From Felis catus (taxonomy: Eukaryota), in NCBI RefSeq assembly GCF_018350175.1, contig NC_058368.1:13642001-13706000 (forward strand): DNA of 64,000 bases. Reading direction: 5' to 3'. The position numbers and the translations under genes are program-made. The notes beneath the pieces are model-generated. The model made no database searches. It was not told where the DNA came from and saw only the letters and a program-made list of their open reading frames with translations. Below, piece after piece: positions 49,537 to 62,871 of the stretch (position 1 is its first letter; the number at the start of each line of letters is the position of its first letter).

Positions 49537-51564
49537 ATTCCCCAAAATTTTCAAACTTAAATCCTATGCTCTGTCAGTTGTTTGAGTCCCAGTGAAAGAA
49601 GATTGCAACTGATATCCAAACTGCATGTATAATCAACTCTTCATAAAAACTGTAGTTTTCTGCATATATACGTGTGTTTAAATGAAGTGTTCAGTGAAAT
49701 TTATAAAGTTCAATCCATGATGTAAACTCAACCCAATTACCTTTTTGATAAGCTGGGAAAAAAAGAAACTGAGCCTCCTCAGGTGGTCTTGAATTACACT
49801 AACACTGTCTGGGTTCTCCAACCTATGGAGGGACTGGGATATGTATTGAATGAACACATGAATAAGCAAAAGAACAAAGAAACAAAAGAACATAAAGAGT
49901 GGAAGCAAAACCTGGTAAGCAAACAATCTGATTATAGTAAAACCCTCTTCTGTAAGTGACTGTTCAATAGCCATAGGCTTTAAATATAACTAAAGGTCCT
50001 TTGTGTCAGACCCTTCCCCTGGTAAGATACACCATGAAGTCTGGAATGCCTAGGAGGAGTGATGATAGTTGCATTAAAAAGCAGCACTTTTCAACCCATC
50101 TCTTCTAACGGAGCGAGCACACGCATAGCACAGCTCCTTGGGGTTTCTTCTTGCTCATCGCACTGAGTAGGTCTGAGACTGATGGAGAATGATTAGGTGG
50201 TGGCGTAAGACAGTATTTGAAAAGCCCTTGTGCTTCATTGTGTTGGCTCGTGGAAAGTAAAAAGATCGCTCTTACGTGGTGCTCTGTGGTAAAACCTCCC
50301 ATTTCACAAGATATACATGTGTGGGTTTCAATCAGAGGAGTTTCCAGCTGCACAAGGGGGAACTACTCCATATGACTGAACCTCTGATTTATCGCATAAG
50401 AAATAAAGGTCACAGTCCATAAAACACAGCACCGTTTTTCCCGGCTAGAGTTTATTCTACACAGGAAGAATAAGAGGAAACTTGATAGAATCATAGCCAG
50501 AATATTCAAGCAAATAATTACTTGTCTGAATTATTCAGGATAAGAAGTTTCTCCCCTTAAATAATGGCTTTACCAGGCCTGTTTAAATAGCCCTATCAGT
50601 TCTTCTAAGTGAGAGCTTATTTTAAAAAATATAAAAGATTTAAAGGAAAAGAGGGTTAATTTTTAAATTGCTGAAGAAATATCGTGAACTAAAAACAACG
50701 AAATAAGGTGTTGAAATACACTTATATAGCAGGGAAAAAAATGCTAACTGAAGATATGGATCTTTCAGCACCAAGAAACAGAATTCTTTTGGGCCCTAAT
50801 TTACCTGAAGAATCTTTTGCCATCACTTAAAAGACTTTCATGTAGTCAAAATCAATTTCTCACACTCCCTTGGACCATTTTGTTGATTTTTGACATCCCA
50901 CATATGCAAAATCATTTACTCAAAGTGACTAGAGAAGTGGAAAAATTAGAGTTTCATGGTTTACGAATTGGAATTTATACAGATTTTACAGCTTTGCTTT
51001 TAAAGAAAGGAAAATGTTTTCTGCAGTTAAGAAATCACTCCAACAGATGGGCCTATCTCCTCTATTTTTATTTCTAGTTGGCTTATGGGTGAATTACCCT
51101 GGACATACTTATAAATTTGAAATTATAGGAACTGCTGAGGGGTGATTTTTTTTCTGGCTATAAAATACAATGAGGACACAGCTGCAACATCTAGAAAGTG
51201 AGGCAAGCTAAAGCCATAAAAATAATACTATTTCCTCTTCCTTGTTTTGGATGCAAGCTCTGAAGCAAGAGGGAGCTTATCTGGTTTCCCATTATTTATA
51301 ATGATTAATCTAAGGCCACACTCCCAGAAGAGTAATTAGCCAGTCAATTACTTCAGAGTGAATCCAGCATTTCTGATTAAGTATAACTTTACAATTAGAA
51401 GTTACCAAACATCTAATAAAGCATAGTAGAGGGTATCTTTTTATACTGAGGTGGGAACGATGTGGAAAAAAACAAAACATGACAGGAATAACCAATTGAA
51501 CTAACTCCACTGAAAAGAGATCTTGGGACAATTGTGAATCACCTATTGAATATGAGTAAACACT

Positions 51565-51779
51565 GGGGTGCCTGATTGGCTCATTGGTTAAGCATCCAAC
51601 TTCGGCTCAGGTCATCATCTCTCGGTTTGTGAGTTTGAGCTCCATGTCAGGCTCTGGGCTGACAGCTCAGAGCCTGGAGCCTGCTTCAGATTCTATATCT
51701 CCCTCTCTCTCTGGCCCTCCCCTGGTCGCACTCTGTCTCTCGCATTGTCCCAAAAATAAATAAACATTAAAAAAAAATT
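51565..51779 (+). mobile_element. Can-SINE
   Basis: TSD ttgaatatgagtaaacactg at 51546-51565 and 51780-51799. Confidence 0.95.
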
Positions 51780-51820
51780 TTGAATATGAGTAAACACTGA
51801 AATTCTATTTATCTTTTTAT

Positions 51821-52041
51821 TTTTTTTAATTTTTTAATGTTTATTTTGGAAGGAGAGAGAGATAGAGTGTGAGTTGGGGGTTGGTGGGGGGGCAGAGAGA
51901 GAGGGAGACACAGAATCTGAAGCAGGCTCCAGGCTCTGAGCTGTCAGCATAGAGCCCAACGCGGGGCTGGAACCCACAAACTGTGAGATCATGACCCAAC
52001 CCAAAGTCGGATGCTCAACCGACTGAGCCACCCAGGCACCC
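51821..52041 (-). mobile_element. Can-SINE
   Basis: TSD ttctatttatctttttat at 51803-51820 and 52042-52059. Confidence 0.95.
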
Positions 52042-52392
52042 TTCTATTTATCTTTTTATACACAGTATATGTTTTGTTGGGTTTTTGTATGTGTTTTGTC
52101 TCCTACGTGCTCAGTCTGTATCTATCTACTGTGCACATTATATTTACCAGATTTTATATTAACATCAGATTCCTTTGACATTGGGTTTATTTCAGGGCTA
52201 CCCACTTTCCCCCCACTATCTCCCAATTATCTGCTATATATCGGTGTCAAGAGTAGGGCTCTGAAGCCACTTTTTTTTTTCTTCAAGTATGATTAACTTA
52301 CAGTATTGTAGTAGTTCCAAATTTCAGGTTTATAATATAATGATTCAACAATTGTATACATTACTCAGTGCTCATCACAGTAAGTGTACTCT

Positions 52393-52611
52393 TTTTAAAA
52401 AAATTTTAAGGTTTATTTATTTTTGAGAGAGAGAGACAAAAGAGAGAGAGCTAGTGGGGAAGGGGCAGAGAGAGAGAGGGGGAACAGAGGATCCAAAGTG
52501 GGTTCCATGGTGACAGCAGAGAGCCCAATGTCGGGCACCAACTCACAAACCATGAGATCGTGACCTGAGCTGAAGTCAGATGCTTAACTGACTGAGCCAC
52601 CCAGACACCCT
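52393..52611 (-). mobile_element. Can-SINE nested in the L1 3'UTR
   Basis: TSD cagtaagtgtactctt. Confidence 0.95.
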
Positions 52612-52893
52612 CAGTAAGTGTACTCTTAAGCCCTTTCACCTATCTCTCCCATCCTCCCACCTACCTCCTCTCTGTTAACTACCAGTCTGTTCTCTACATT
52701 TAAGAGTTGTTTTATTTTTTTCTCTTTTATTCTTTCTTCATGTGTTTTGTTTCTTTAATTCCACATATGAGTGAAATCATATGGTATTTGTCTTTCTCTG
52801 ACTGACTTACTTCACTTAACATTATACCATCTAGATCCATCCAGGCTGCAACTGACGAGATTTCATTCCTTTTTCTGGCTGAGTCATGTTCCA

Positions 52894-52901
52894 GTGTGTG
52901 T

Positions 52902-52947
<46 letters not shown>
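52894..52947 (+). repeat. (TG)n microsatellite in L1
   Basis: Read directly; a second (TG)n lies at 54598-54634. Confidence 0.95.
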
Positions 52948-52949
<2 letters not shown>

Positions 52950-54594
52950 CACATTCTCTTTATTAATTAATTTACAGGTGGACACTTGGGCTGCTTCTAT
53001 ATCTTGCCTATTGTAAGAAATGCTGCAATAAACATAGATGTCCATATATCTTTTCAAACTAGTGTTTTCATTTTCTTTGGTTAAATATCTATTAGTGGAA
53101 TTGCTGGATCATATGGTAATTCTATTTTTAATTTTTTGAGGAACTTCTATGCTGTTTTCCACAATGGCTGTACCAATTTACACTTTCAACAACAGTTCCA
53201 TCTCTACATCTCATCAACACTTGTTACTTCTTGTGTTTTTTATGTTAGTCATTCTGACAGGTGTTATCTCAGAGGTGATATCTCATTGTGGTTTTGATTT
53301 GTATTTCCCTGATGATTAGTGATGTTGAGTACCTTTTCATATGTCTGTTGGCCATCTGAATGTTTTCTTTGGAAAAATGACTATTCAAGTCCTCTGCCCA
53401 TTTTTAATTGGATAATTTAGGGGTATTTTGTTGTTGACTCTGTAAGTTCTTTATATAGTTTGGATATTAACCCTTTGTTGGATATATCTTTTGCAAATAT
53501 CATCTCCTATTCAGTAGGTTGTCTTTTTACTTTGTCAGTGATTTTCTTCACTATGTAAAAGCTTTTTTAATTTTTGTGTAGTCCCAATAGTTTTATTTTC
53601 CTTTTGCTTCCCTTGCCAAAGGAGACATATCTAGAAATGTTTCTAGGGCTAATTTCAAAGAAATCACTGACTATGTTTTCTACAGTTTCAAGTCTCGCAT
53701 TTAGATCTTTAATCCACTTCGAGTTTCTTGTTTTGTATAGTGAAAGAAAGTGGTCCAGTTTCATTCTTTTGCATGTGGCTGTCCAGTTTTCCCAGCACCA
53801 ACACCATTTGTTTAAGAGACTATCTTTTTCCCATTGTATATTCTTGCCTCTTTAGTCATAGATTAATTGACCATATAAGCATGTATTTATTTCTGGGCTG
53901 TCTATACTGTTCCATTGATCTATGTGTCTATTTCTGTGCCAGTACCATACTGTTTTGATTACTGATTCAATTTTATTGCTAGTAATTGGTCAGTTCAAAT
54001 TTTGTGTTTCTTCCAGATTAATTTTTGGAGGTTATATGTTTCTAGGAAAGGATCCATTTCTACTAGGTTGTCTAATTTGTTGGCATATAATTCTTCATAA
54101 TATTCTCTTATAATCCTATGCATTTCTGTGGAGTTGGTTGCTATTTCTCCTCTTCCATTTCTGATTTTATTTGAGTCCTTTTTTTCTTAATGAGTCTGGC
54201 TAAAGGTTTATCAATCTAGTTAATCCTTTCAAGAACCAGCTCCTGGGTTATCGATCCATTCCAGTGGTTTTTTAGTCTCTTTTTCATTTATTCTGTTCTA
54301 ATCTTTTTTACTTCCTTCTATTATCTTTGGGCTTTGTTTGTTGTTCTTTTTCTAGCTCCTTTAGGTGTAAGGTCAAGGTTGTTTATTTGAGGTTTTTCCT
54401 GCTTCTTGAAATAGGCCTGTGTTACTACAATTTTCCCTCTTAGAACAGCTTTTGCTGCATCCCAGAGATTTTGGACTGTCATGTTTTAATTTTCATTTGT
54501 CTCCATGTATTTTTTACTTCCTCTTTGGTCTCTTGGCTGAAGCATTCATTGTTTAATAGCGTGATATTTAACCTCCATGTATTTGTGTTCTTTG

Positions 54595-54636
<42 letters not shown>

Positions 54637-56045
54637 TTTCTAGTTTCATACCAATGTGGACAGAAAAAATGCATATAATTTTGAATTTGTTCAGACTTGT
54701 TTTGTGACATAAGTTGGTTTATTCTGGAGAGTTTTCCATGTGCACTTGAAAAGAATGTGTATTCTGCTGCTTTAGGATGGAATATTCTGAATATATCTGT
54801 TAGATCCGTTTGCTGCAGTGTGTCATTCAAAGCCACTGTTCCCTTGTTGATTTTCTGTCTGGATGATCTATCCATTGCAACAGGGATATCAAAGTTTCCT
54901 ACTATTATTGTATTACTATCAATTTCTTCCTTTATGTCTGTTAATAGTTGCTTTATGTATTTGGGTGTTCCATGTTGGATGCATAAATATTTTAAATTGC
55001 TGTATCTTTTTGTTTGACGGTTCCCTTTATGAACAACTATGTAGTGTTATTCTTTTTCTCTTGTTACAGTCTTTGTATGAAGAACTATTTTTGTCTGATA
55101 TAAGTATTGCTACCCCAATTTTTTTTTTGCTTCCATTTGCATGAAAAATGTTTTGTTATCCTTTCACTTTCAATCTGCATGTGTCCTTAGGTCTGAAATG
55201 AGTCTCATATAGGCAGCAGCATATCATTCAGGTAACTTATGTCTTTTGATTTGTGTATTTAGCCCATTTACATGAAAAGTAATTATTGAAAGCTATGTAC
55301 TTATTGCCATTTTGTTACTTGCTTTACAGTTGATTTTGTAGTTATTCTCTATTTTCTTCTTCTCTTGCTCTCTTCCTTCATGGTTTGATGGCTTGGTTTA
55401 GTGATATGCTTGGATTTCTTTCACTTTATTTTTTGCACACCTACTACAGGTATTTTCTTTAAGCTACCATTAGGTTTATATATAACATCCTATGCATATA
55501 GCAGTCTATAATTCGGATGATGGTTGCTTAAGTTTGAGCCCATTCTAAAAATACTAAATTTTTACTACTGCTTTCCACATTTTATGTATATGATGTTATA
55601 GCTTACATCCTTTTATTTTTTTTAATTTTTGACTGATTTCTATAGATATAACTGATTTCATAACTTTTGTGCTTTAACCTCCATATTCATTTTATGAGTG
55701 ATTAATCTACTATTTTATTATGTTTGTTTACACTTATGAAAATTTTTCTTTCCTAGTTTTCTTACTCCTGATTATGGCCTTTTCTTTCCACACAAATAAT
55801 TCCTTTTATCATTTCTCATAAACTTGGTTTAGTAGTGACAAGTTCCTTTAGCTTTTACTTGTCTGGGAAGTTTCTTTATCTCCCCTTTTATTCTGAATGA
55901 TAGCCTGGTAGATAAAGTAATAATAGAAGTGCAAGGAGAAATGGACAAATTTACAATTATAGTCAAAGACTTCAATACCCTTGTCAATAACTAAGAACAA
56001 GAAGATGGAAAATTATATCACTAACCAAATGAACTAATTGACATA

Positions 56046-56235
56046 TTAAAAAAATTTTAATGTTTATTTATTTTTGAGAGAGAAACAGCACAAGCAGGGG
56101 AGTAGCGGAGAGAGAGAGGGAGACACAGAGTCCAAAGCAGGGTGCAGATTCTGAGCTGTCAGCACAGAGTCCTACACTGGGCCTGAACCCACAAACCAGA
56201 GATCATTACCTGAGCCAAAGTCCTACGTTTAACTG
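56046..56235 (-). mobile_element. Can-SINE
   Basis: Reverse-strand element flanked by ctaattgac repeats. Confidence 0.9.
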
Positions 56236-56291
56236 ACTGAGCCACCCAGTTGCCCTGACCTAATTGACTTATTTAGAATACACCACTCAGT

Positions 56292-56507
56292 GGGGGGCCT
56301 GGGTGGTTCGGTGGGCGTCCGACTTCTGCTCAGGTCATGATCTCACGGTCGGTGGGTTCGAGCCCCACGTGGGGCTCTGTGCTAACAGCTCAGAGCCTGG
56401 AGCCTGCTTCAGATTCTGCATCTCCTTCTCTCTCTGCCCCTCCTCCACTCACACTCTGTCTGTCTCTCTCTCCCTCTCAAAAGTAAATAGATATTTTAAA
56501 AAAAATT
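56292..56507 (+). mobile_element. Can-SINE
   Basis: TSD tttagaatac(a/c)..actca. Confidence 0.93.
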
Positions 56508-57397
56508 TTTAGAATACAACACTCAAAAACAATAGGATACACATTCAAGTGCACATGGAAATTTTTCCAAAATAGGCTATATTCTGGGTACTAAAACAAA
56601 TAATTCTCAGGAGATTCATAAGTACACAAGTCACACAAAGTATGTTCTTTGGCTAAAATGGAGTAAAATTAGAAATCAATATCAGAAATATCTCTAGAAT
56701 ATTCTCAATATTTGAAACCAAAATAATATATTTCTAAATAATCTATTGGTCAAAGAAGAAATCAAGAGAAAAAATTGAAAATGTTTTTGAACTGAATGGA
56801 AAGAAAAACACAGCATATCAGAATTTCTGCGTTGCCACTAAAAGAAAAAAATGAAAACTCTTCCTAAACATAAGCAGGGAATATGTTTCCATTTATGTCT
56901 TCTTTAATTTCTTCCAGAAAACCTCTTTTAGTTTTCATTGTATTTCTTCTCCTTAGTTAAATTAATTCCTAAGTGTTCTATTCTTTTTGATGCTATTGTA
57001 AATTAAATCATTTTTGTAATTTCTTTTCAAATTGTTTGTTGTCAGTACATAGAAATGCAACTGATTTTTGTGTTTTGATTTTCTATCATGCTATTTTGCT
57101 GAATTCATTTATTAGTCTTTTGTAGTATTTCTAAGGTTTTCTATGTATAAGATTATATTATCTGTGACTAGAGATCATTTTACTTCTTTTCCAATTTGGA
57201 TGCCTTTTATTTCTTTTTTGTGCCTAATTGTCCTGGCTAGAACTTCTAGTGCTGTTAGACAGAATTGGTGGAAATGAGTATCTTTACTTTATTCCTGATA
57301 TTAGGGGTAAACTTTTCAGTCTTTAACCATTGCATATGATGTTTGCTGTGGATTAGTCCTATATATATGGCCTTTATTATGTTGAGGTAGTTTTCTT

Positions 57398-57598
57398 CTT
57401 TTTTTAAAAAGATGTTTATTTATTTTTGAGAGAGAGAGAGAGTGCAAGCAAGGGAGGGGCAGAAAGGGGGACAGAGTATCTGAAGCAGGCTCTGCACTGA
57501 CAGCAGAGAGCCCGATGCAGGGCTTGAACTCATGGACCATGAGATTATGACCTGAGCCGAAGCTGGACACTTAACCAACTGAGCCACCCAGGCACCCC
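57398..57598 (-). mobile_element. Can-SINE
   Basis: TSD aggtagttttcttct. Confidence 0.93.
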
Positions 57599-57702
57599 AA
57601 GGTAGTTTTCTTCTGTTACCAGTTTCTTAAGGGCTTTTATTATTAAATAGAGTTGAATTTTGTCAAATGCTTTTTCTACATCAATTGAGATGATCATGTG
57701 TT

Positions 57703-57932
57703 TTTTTGTTTTTTTTTTTAATTTTTTTTTTCAACGTTTATTTATTTTTCGGACAGAGAGAGACAGAGCATGAACGGGGGAGGGGCAGAGAGAGAGACAC
57801 ACACAGAATCGGAAACAGGCTCCAGGCTCTGAGCCATCAGCCCAGAGCCCGACGCGGGCTCGAACTCACTGACCGTGAGATTGTGACCTGGCTGAAGTCG
57901 GACGCTTAACCGACTGCGCAACCCAGGCGCCC
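57703..57932 (-). mobile_element. Young feline Can-SINE
   Basis: TSD atcatgtgtt; same variant as the SINE at 48108. Confidence 0.95.
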
Positions 57933-58734
57933 AATCATGTGTTGTTTTACATTGATTGATCTTTATGTTTTAAACCATTGCATATTCAGAATAAATCCCA
58001 TTTGGTTATGGTGTATGAGCCTTTTAATGTGCTATTGAATTCAATTTGCTAGCATTTCATTGAAAGGTTTTGCATCATTGTTTATAAGGTATATTGACCT
58101 GTAGTTTTCTTCTAGTGTCTTTGTATGACTTTGGTATCAGGGTAATGCTGGCTTCATGGAATGAGTTAAGTGTTCTTTTCTTTTCTTTTCTTTTTTTGAA
58201 AAGTTTAAGAAAGGTTGCTATTAATTCTCTAAATATTGGATAGAATTCATTACTGAGCCATTAGTTCAAAGCCTCTTCTTTGTCGGGAGTTTTTTATTAT
58301 TGATCCAATCTTTTTACTACTTATTGGTCTATTCAGAGTTTCTATTTATACATGATTTACTATTGGTAGGTTTTGTGTTTCTAGGAATTTGTCTATTTCA
58401 TCTAGGTTATCCAATTTATTTCATAATACTTTCTTACTTTTTGTTTCTGTAGAATCAGTAGTAATGCCTCCACTTTCATTTCTGATTTTAACAATTTGAG
58501 GCTTCTCTCTTGTTTTCTTAGTCCATCTAGCTAAGGTTTGTAAATTTTGTTGATCTTTTCAAAAAACCAACTTAAGTTTTCAGTGAGTTTCTCTTTTGTT
58601 TTTCTAGTCTCTTTTGTTATTCACTGTTTACTCCTTATTATTTCCTTTATTCTGCTAAATTTGGTGTTCATTGTTTTTCTTTTCTCAGTCCCTTAAGTTG
58701 TAAAAGTTGCCTATGTCTTTTAAACAATTTGAAT

Positions 58735-61320
58735 TTGTAGGTAAAACCTCCCAAAGAAGACTCCAGGCCAAGATGGCTTAAGTGGTGAATTCTACTAAGC
58801 ATTAAAAGAAGAAATAATACAAAGTATACATGATCTCTTCCAGAAAATTGGAGAGGAGACAATAATTCCCAATTCAATCTAGGAGACTAATATTATTCTA
58901 ACACCAAAATTGGACAAAACTGTTCAAAGGAAAATAAACTATAGACCAATATTTCTCATGAACTTATAAGAATTGAAAAAAAGTTAGAAACTGAATCCAA
59001 CAATATATTAACAATCACAGCCAAGTAATTAACTTTTGAATATCAACCATGTAATTCACCATATTAACAAAGTTTTTAAAAAATAAAATCATATAATTTA
59101 TAGATTTTTGTGTCCAACCCAACATCTATCATAACAAAAAGACCCTCAGCAAACTAGTAATAGAATTCCTTCAATTTGATAAAACATGAATATACCAAAC
59201 TTAGTTAACATTACATTTAATTGTAAATAACTGAATGCTTTCCCCCTGACATCAGGAATAAGACAAGAATATCCACTGTCACCACTTCAACAATGTATAG
59301 CAGTTCAAACCAGTGCAATAAGACAAGAGAAAAATATAAGTTATCTAGACTGGAAAAGTAGAAGTAAAATTATCTTTATTTATAAAAATCATCATCATCT
59401 GTGTAGAAAATAGTATGGAATTTCCAAAAATCCTATTAAAACCAGTGAACTTAGCAACATTGCAGGATACAAAATCAATATACAAAAGCAATGGTATTTC
59501 TTAATTCTACCAACAATCAGAAATTAAAAGTTAAAAATAGCAATGTCACTTATATTATCAAAAGTTACAATATACTTAGGGATAAATTTGATAAAACACA
59601 TGTAATACCTGTACACTGAAAACTATAAAATGTTGCTAAGGGAATTTAAAGAAGATTTAAATACATGGGGAGATAACACCTTGTATATAAGTCAGCAGTC
59701 CCAATATTGTTAAAAGGTTAATTCTCCCCACAATGATCTGAATATTTACTATAATCCTAATCAAAGCAGAATTTTATATTGAAATTGATGAGTTTATCTA
59801 AAATTCATATAGAAATGCATAAAACCTAACACAACCAAAACAACTTTGGAAAAGAAGAAACAAGTTGAAAGACTACCTGATTTGAAAACGTATTACAAAG
59901 CTAAAATAATTAAAACAGTGTGGTTCAGGCTAAAGATATACAATTAGGTTGTATAAAGGTGCCTGGGTGTCTCAGTCAGTTAAGTGTCCAGCTCTTGATT
60001 TTGGCTCAGATCGTGACTTTATAGTTCATGAGATCGAGTCCCACATTGGGCTCTGTGCTGACAGTGTGGAATCTGCTTGTAATTCTCTTTCCCTCTCTCT
60101 CTGTCCCTCCCCCATGCATTTTCTCTCTCTCTCTCTCTCACTCTCTCTCTCTCTCAAAATAAATAAGCTTTTTAAAAAAAGAGAGTAAAATAGGGCAATG
60201 AAAATAGAGAGTTCACAAACAGACATATACACAGAAATGGACAACTGATTTTTGACAAAGGAGCAAAGGCAATTCAGTGGAGAAAGATAGCTTCAAGAAA
60301 TGGTGCTGGGACAATTGAAAATCCACGTGTGAAAAAACAAACTTTAATCCAAACTTCATACCATATACAAAAATTACTCAAAATAGATCATAGACCTAAA
60401 AGTAAAACATAAAACTATTAAACTTTTAGAAAACAACAGTAGAAAATCTTTTTTTTTACCTTATATTTAGCAAGGATTTCTTAGATTTGACACCATAACC
60501 ATGATTTATGAAAGAAACAAATGATATATTGAATTTTATCAAAATTTACAATGCATGCTCTTCAAAAGATACTGCTAAGAGAATAAAGACAAACCATTGT
60601 CTTGGAAAAAGTATTTGAAAAATCAAATAACTGAAAAAGGACATGTATCTAGAATGTATATTTAAAAGTTTCAAAACTCAGTAAGTAGACAAAACCCAAT
60701 TTAAAATGGGCTAAAAATTTATACCCTCCTCCAAAGGAGATGTATGAATGGGAAATAAGTACATGAAATATGTTTTTTAAAAAAGCTTTAGTAATAAAAT
60801 CCAAAAACCTTTTAAAACAAGATATTCAACACCATTAGACTTTGGGATATGCAAATTAAAACCACAATAATGAAACTACCCTAAAACTGAAAAATAGATG
60901 ATACAAGTATCAGCAAAGAAGTTGAGGAACTAGACCTTTCATACCCTGCTTTTGGGATGTAAAATGCTAAAATCAGTTTGGTAGTTTCTTAAGTAGTTAA
61001 ACATATACCTAACCTATCATACATAGGAATTTACAAAAGAAAAATGGAAGCATAAATCCACATAAACACTTGTGTACAAATATTCACAGAAGCTTTGTTT
61101 GTAACAGTTCAAACCTGGAAACAACCCAAATGTCTATCAACAGGTGAATGAGTAAACAAATTTTGATACAATGATATACGTACTACTCAGGAACAAAAAG
61201 GAATGAACTGCCTATACTGAGGCAGCATAAATGAATCTCAAAATAAATATGCTGTGTAAAATCACAGTTTTAAAATATGTGCAGTTTATTGTTAACCATA
61301 CTTCAAAAAAGCTGTAAAAA
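58735..61320 (+). mobile_element. Old L1M ORF2 RT region through the 3' end
   Basis: ccaggcccaagatggctt..aactatagaccaatatttctcatgaac..acaacccaaatgtctatcaacaggtgaatg. Confidence 0.88.
59957..60180 (+). mobile_element. Can-SINE nested in L1
   Basis: Head, core, CT tract and tail. Confidence 0.92.
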
Positions 61321-61699
61321 TTAGAGCTAATGTTAAGAAATCAACAAGTTTTTAAGGATAGTATTTTAATGGTTATTTTTAAATCTTCACTATTTGTAAT
61401 ATACATAAAGGCAATATTTCACTTTGTTTTTCAAACAGGTGACACACTAAGTTACTTTGAATTTGTTATGTGAGATGAACATGATTTATTAACAAATTTA
61501 AAACAATATGTCATGTTTGGGAGACAAATGAAATCTTAAAATATAGATTGAAAGATGCTTACAGCTCAAAATATATCAGAAAATGTTTGTCTAGGAGATT
61601 TGGGATCTTAATATTTGGAAAAAAACAATCAACTGGCTTATTTTTATACATATTATGTTCTATTTCTAAACATAAATGTAAGAGTGACTGAGTGACTAA

Positions 61700-62750
61700 G
61701 TCGTGAGTTCCATCATCAAAATATATTCAGATTCTCACTGTTTCTCACCACCTCCATTGTTCCCACTCTAGTTAAACATCATCATCTGTCCTCTGGATCC
61801 TTACAATAGGTTTCCACCTATTCTCCCTCCTTCCTTTGTCCTTCCAACAGCCTATTCTTAATGCAACCCTGAGCACCTTATGGCATTCCTTTGCTCAAGA
61901 CTAGCCAATGGCTTCCTCATAGAAGTGAAAGTTCTTATGATGGTCTTCAAGGCCTCATTAGTCATATTCCAATCACACTGGCCTTCATTCTCCTATTCAA
62001 ACATGCCAGCCACATTCCTACTCCAGGTCCCTTGACTTGCTCTGCCTGAACACCTTACCCATTGCCTTCTTTTCTTCTTCAGAGATTTCCTAAACATCAC
62101 CCACCTTCACTCCCAATCCTCATTCTCTGCCTTGTTTTTCTACATAACATTCAATGTCATCTGATATATTATGTGTTTTACTTATTTAGGATATTGCATT
62201 CATTGTACTGATGACCCTAATTATTGGCCTTTCAGTATTTTACACATTTAGTGGGTCCTCCCACCAGAGAAAGAAGAGTCTATCTCCACACCCCTCAAAT
62301 CTGGGCTGGACTTGTCATTTGTTTTGGCCCATAAAATGCAAAGGAAATGACAGTAAGTTTCAATTCTTCAAGAGGCATGATGCCTTCTCTTTTTCTTGCT
62401 TCTCTCTTCTGCCTTCACCAAGAACAAAATGTTGGCCCAGATCAGATCTGGACGCATGAGCAAGCCCAGGTGAAAGCAGCCAGGCTCAACCCTGGCCACT
62501 CTTAGACACATGGGAAATAATAATAAATAGTGGTGGTTTTAAGCTATTAGGCTTTGGGGTGATTTGTTACACAGCATTATTGTAGCAACAGCAGAATGTG
62601 TTTTTCTGTTGTCTTTATCTGTCAGCTAGAAAATAAACTCCATGGGGGCAGGAATTCTTCTCTCTTTCATTCCCTTTTATGTCCTCAGGGTTTAGAAGAG
62701 TGCCTGGGTCAGAACACTGCTTAATAAGTATTCATTGAATGAATTAATGA
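61700..62750 (+). mobile_element. L2a 3' fragment interrupted by an MLT1 LTR (~62212-62590)
   Basis: L2 end tagaagagtgcctggg..taagtattcattgaatgaattaatga; LTR end tttaagctattaggctttggggtgatttgttacacagca. Confidence 0.75.
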
Positions 62751-62871
62751 CTTCAATATAACTCAATAGTCAAAGCCACTACAGGTGCTCGGATGAAACC
62801 AAAAAAAGAGAAGGATGGATTCATGAGTTTTGCTTATCTGTTCTCTTTCAACTACTGGGCTTAATAACCCT

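Larger units (their letters stand above)
52271..55910 (-). mobile_element. Carnivore L1 (3'UTR to inter-ORF region) with an internal ORF2 deletion
   Basis: ORF 54546-54875(-) encodes APE endonuclease motifs (MDRSSRQKIN..DLTDIFRIFHPKAAEYTFFSSAHG); ORF 53567-53764(-) is late ORF2 (MKLDHFLSLYK..NSKWIKDLN). Confidence 0.92.
55920..56850 (+). mobile_element. Old L1M ORF2 endonuclease-region fragment
   Basis: caaggagaaatggacaaatttacaattatagtcaaagacttcaataccc..caagtgcacatggaa. Confidence 0.85.
56872..58710 (-). mobile_element. Old L1M ORF2 (RT-region) fragment, antisense
   Basis: agaaatgcaactgatttttgtg..ttttgctgaattcatttattag..ttggtatcagggtaatgctggc, typical antisense ORF2. Confidence 0.88.

Noticed and set aside
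1241..60244. Recurrent ORF family 'GAWVAQ..SVLTAQSLEPASDSVSPSLS' and its reverse 'RETQNLKQAPGSELSAQSP'
   Set aside because: These are all Can-SINE translations, not a gene family or a repeat-spacer array.
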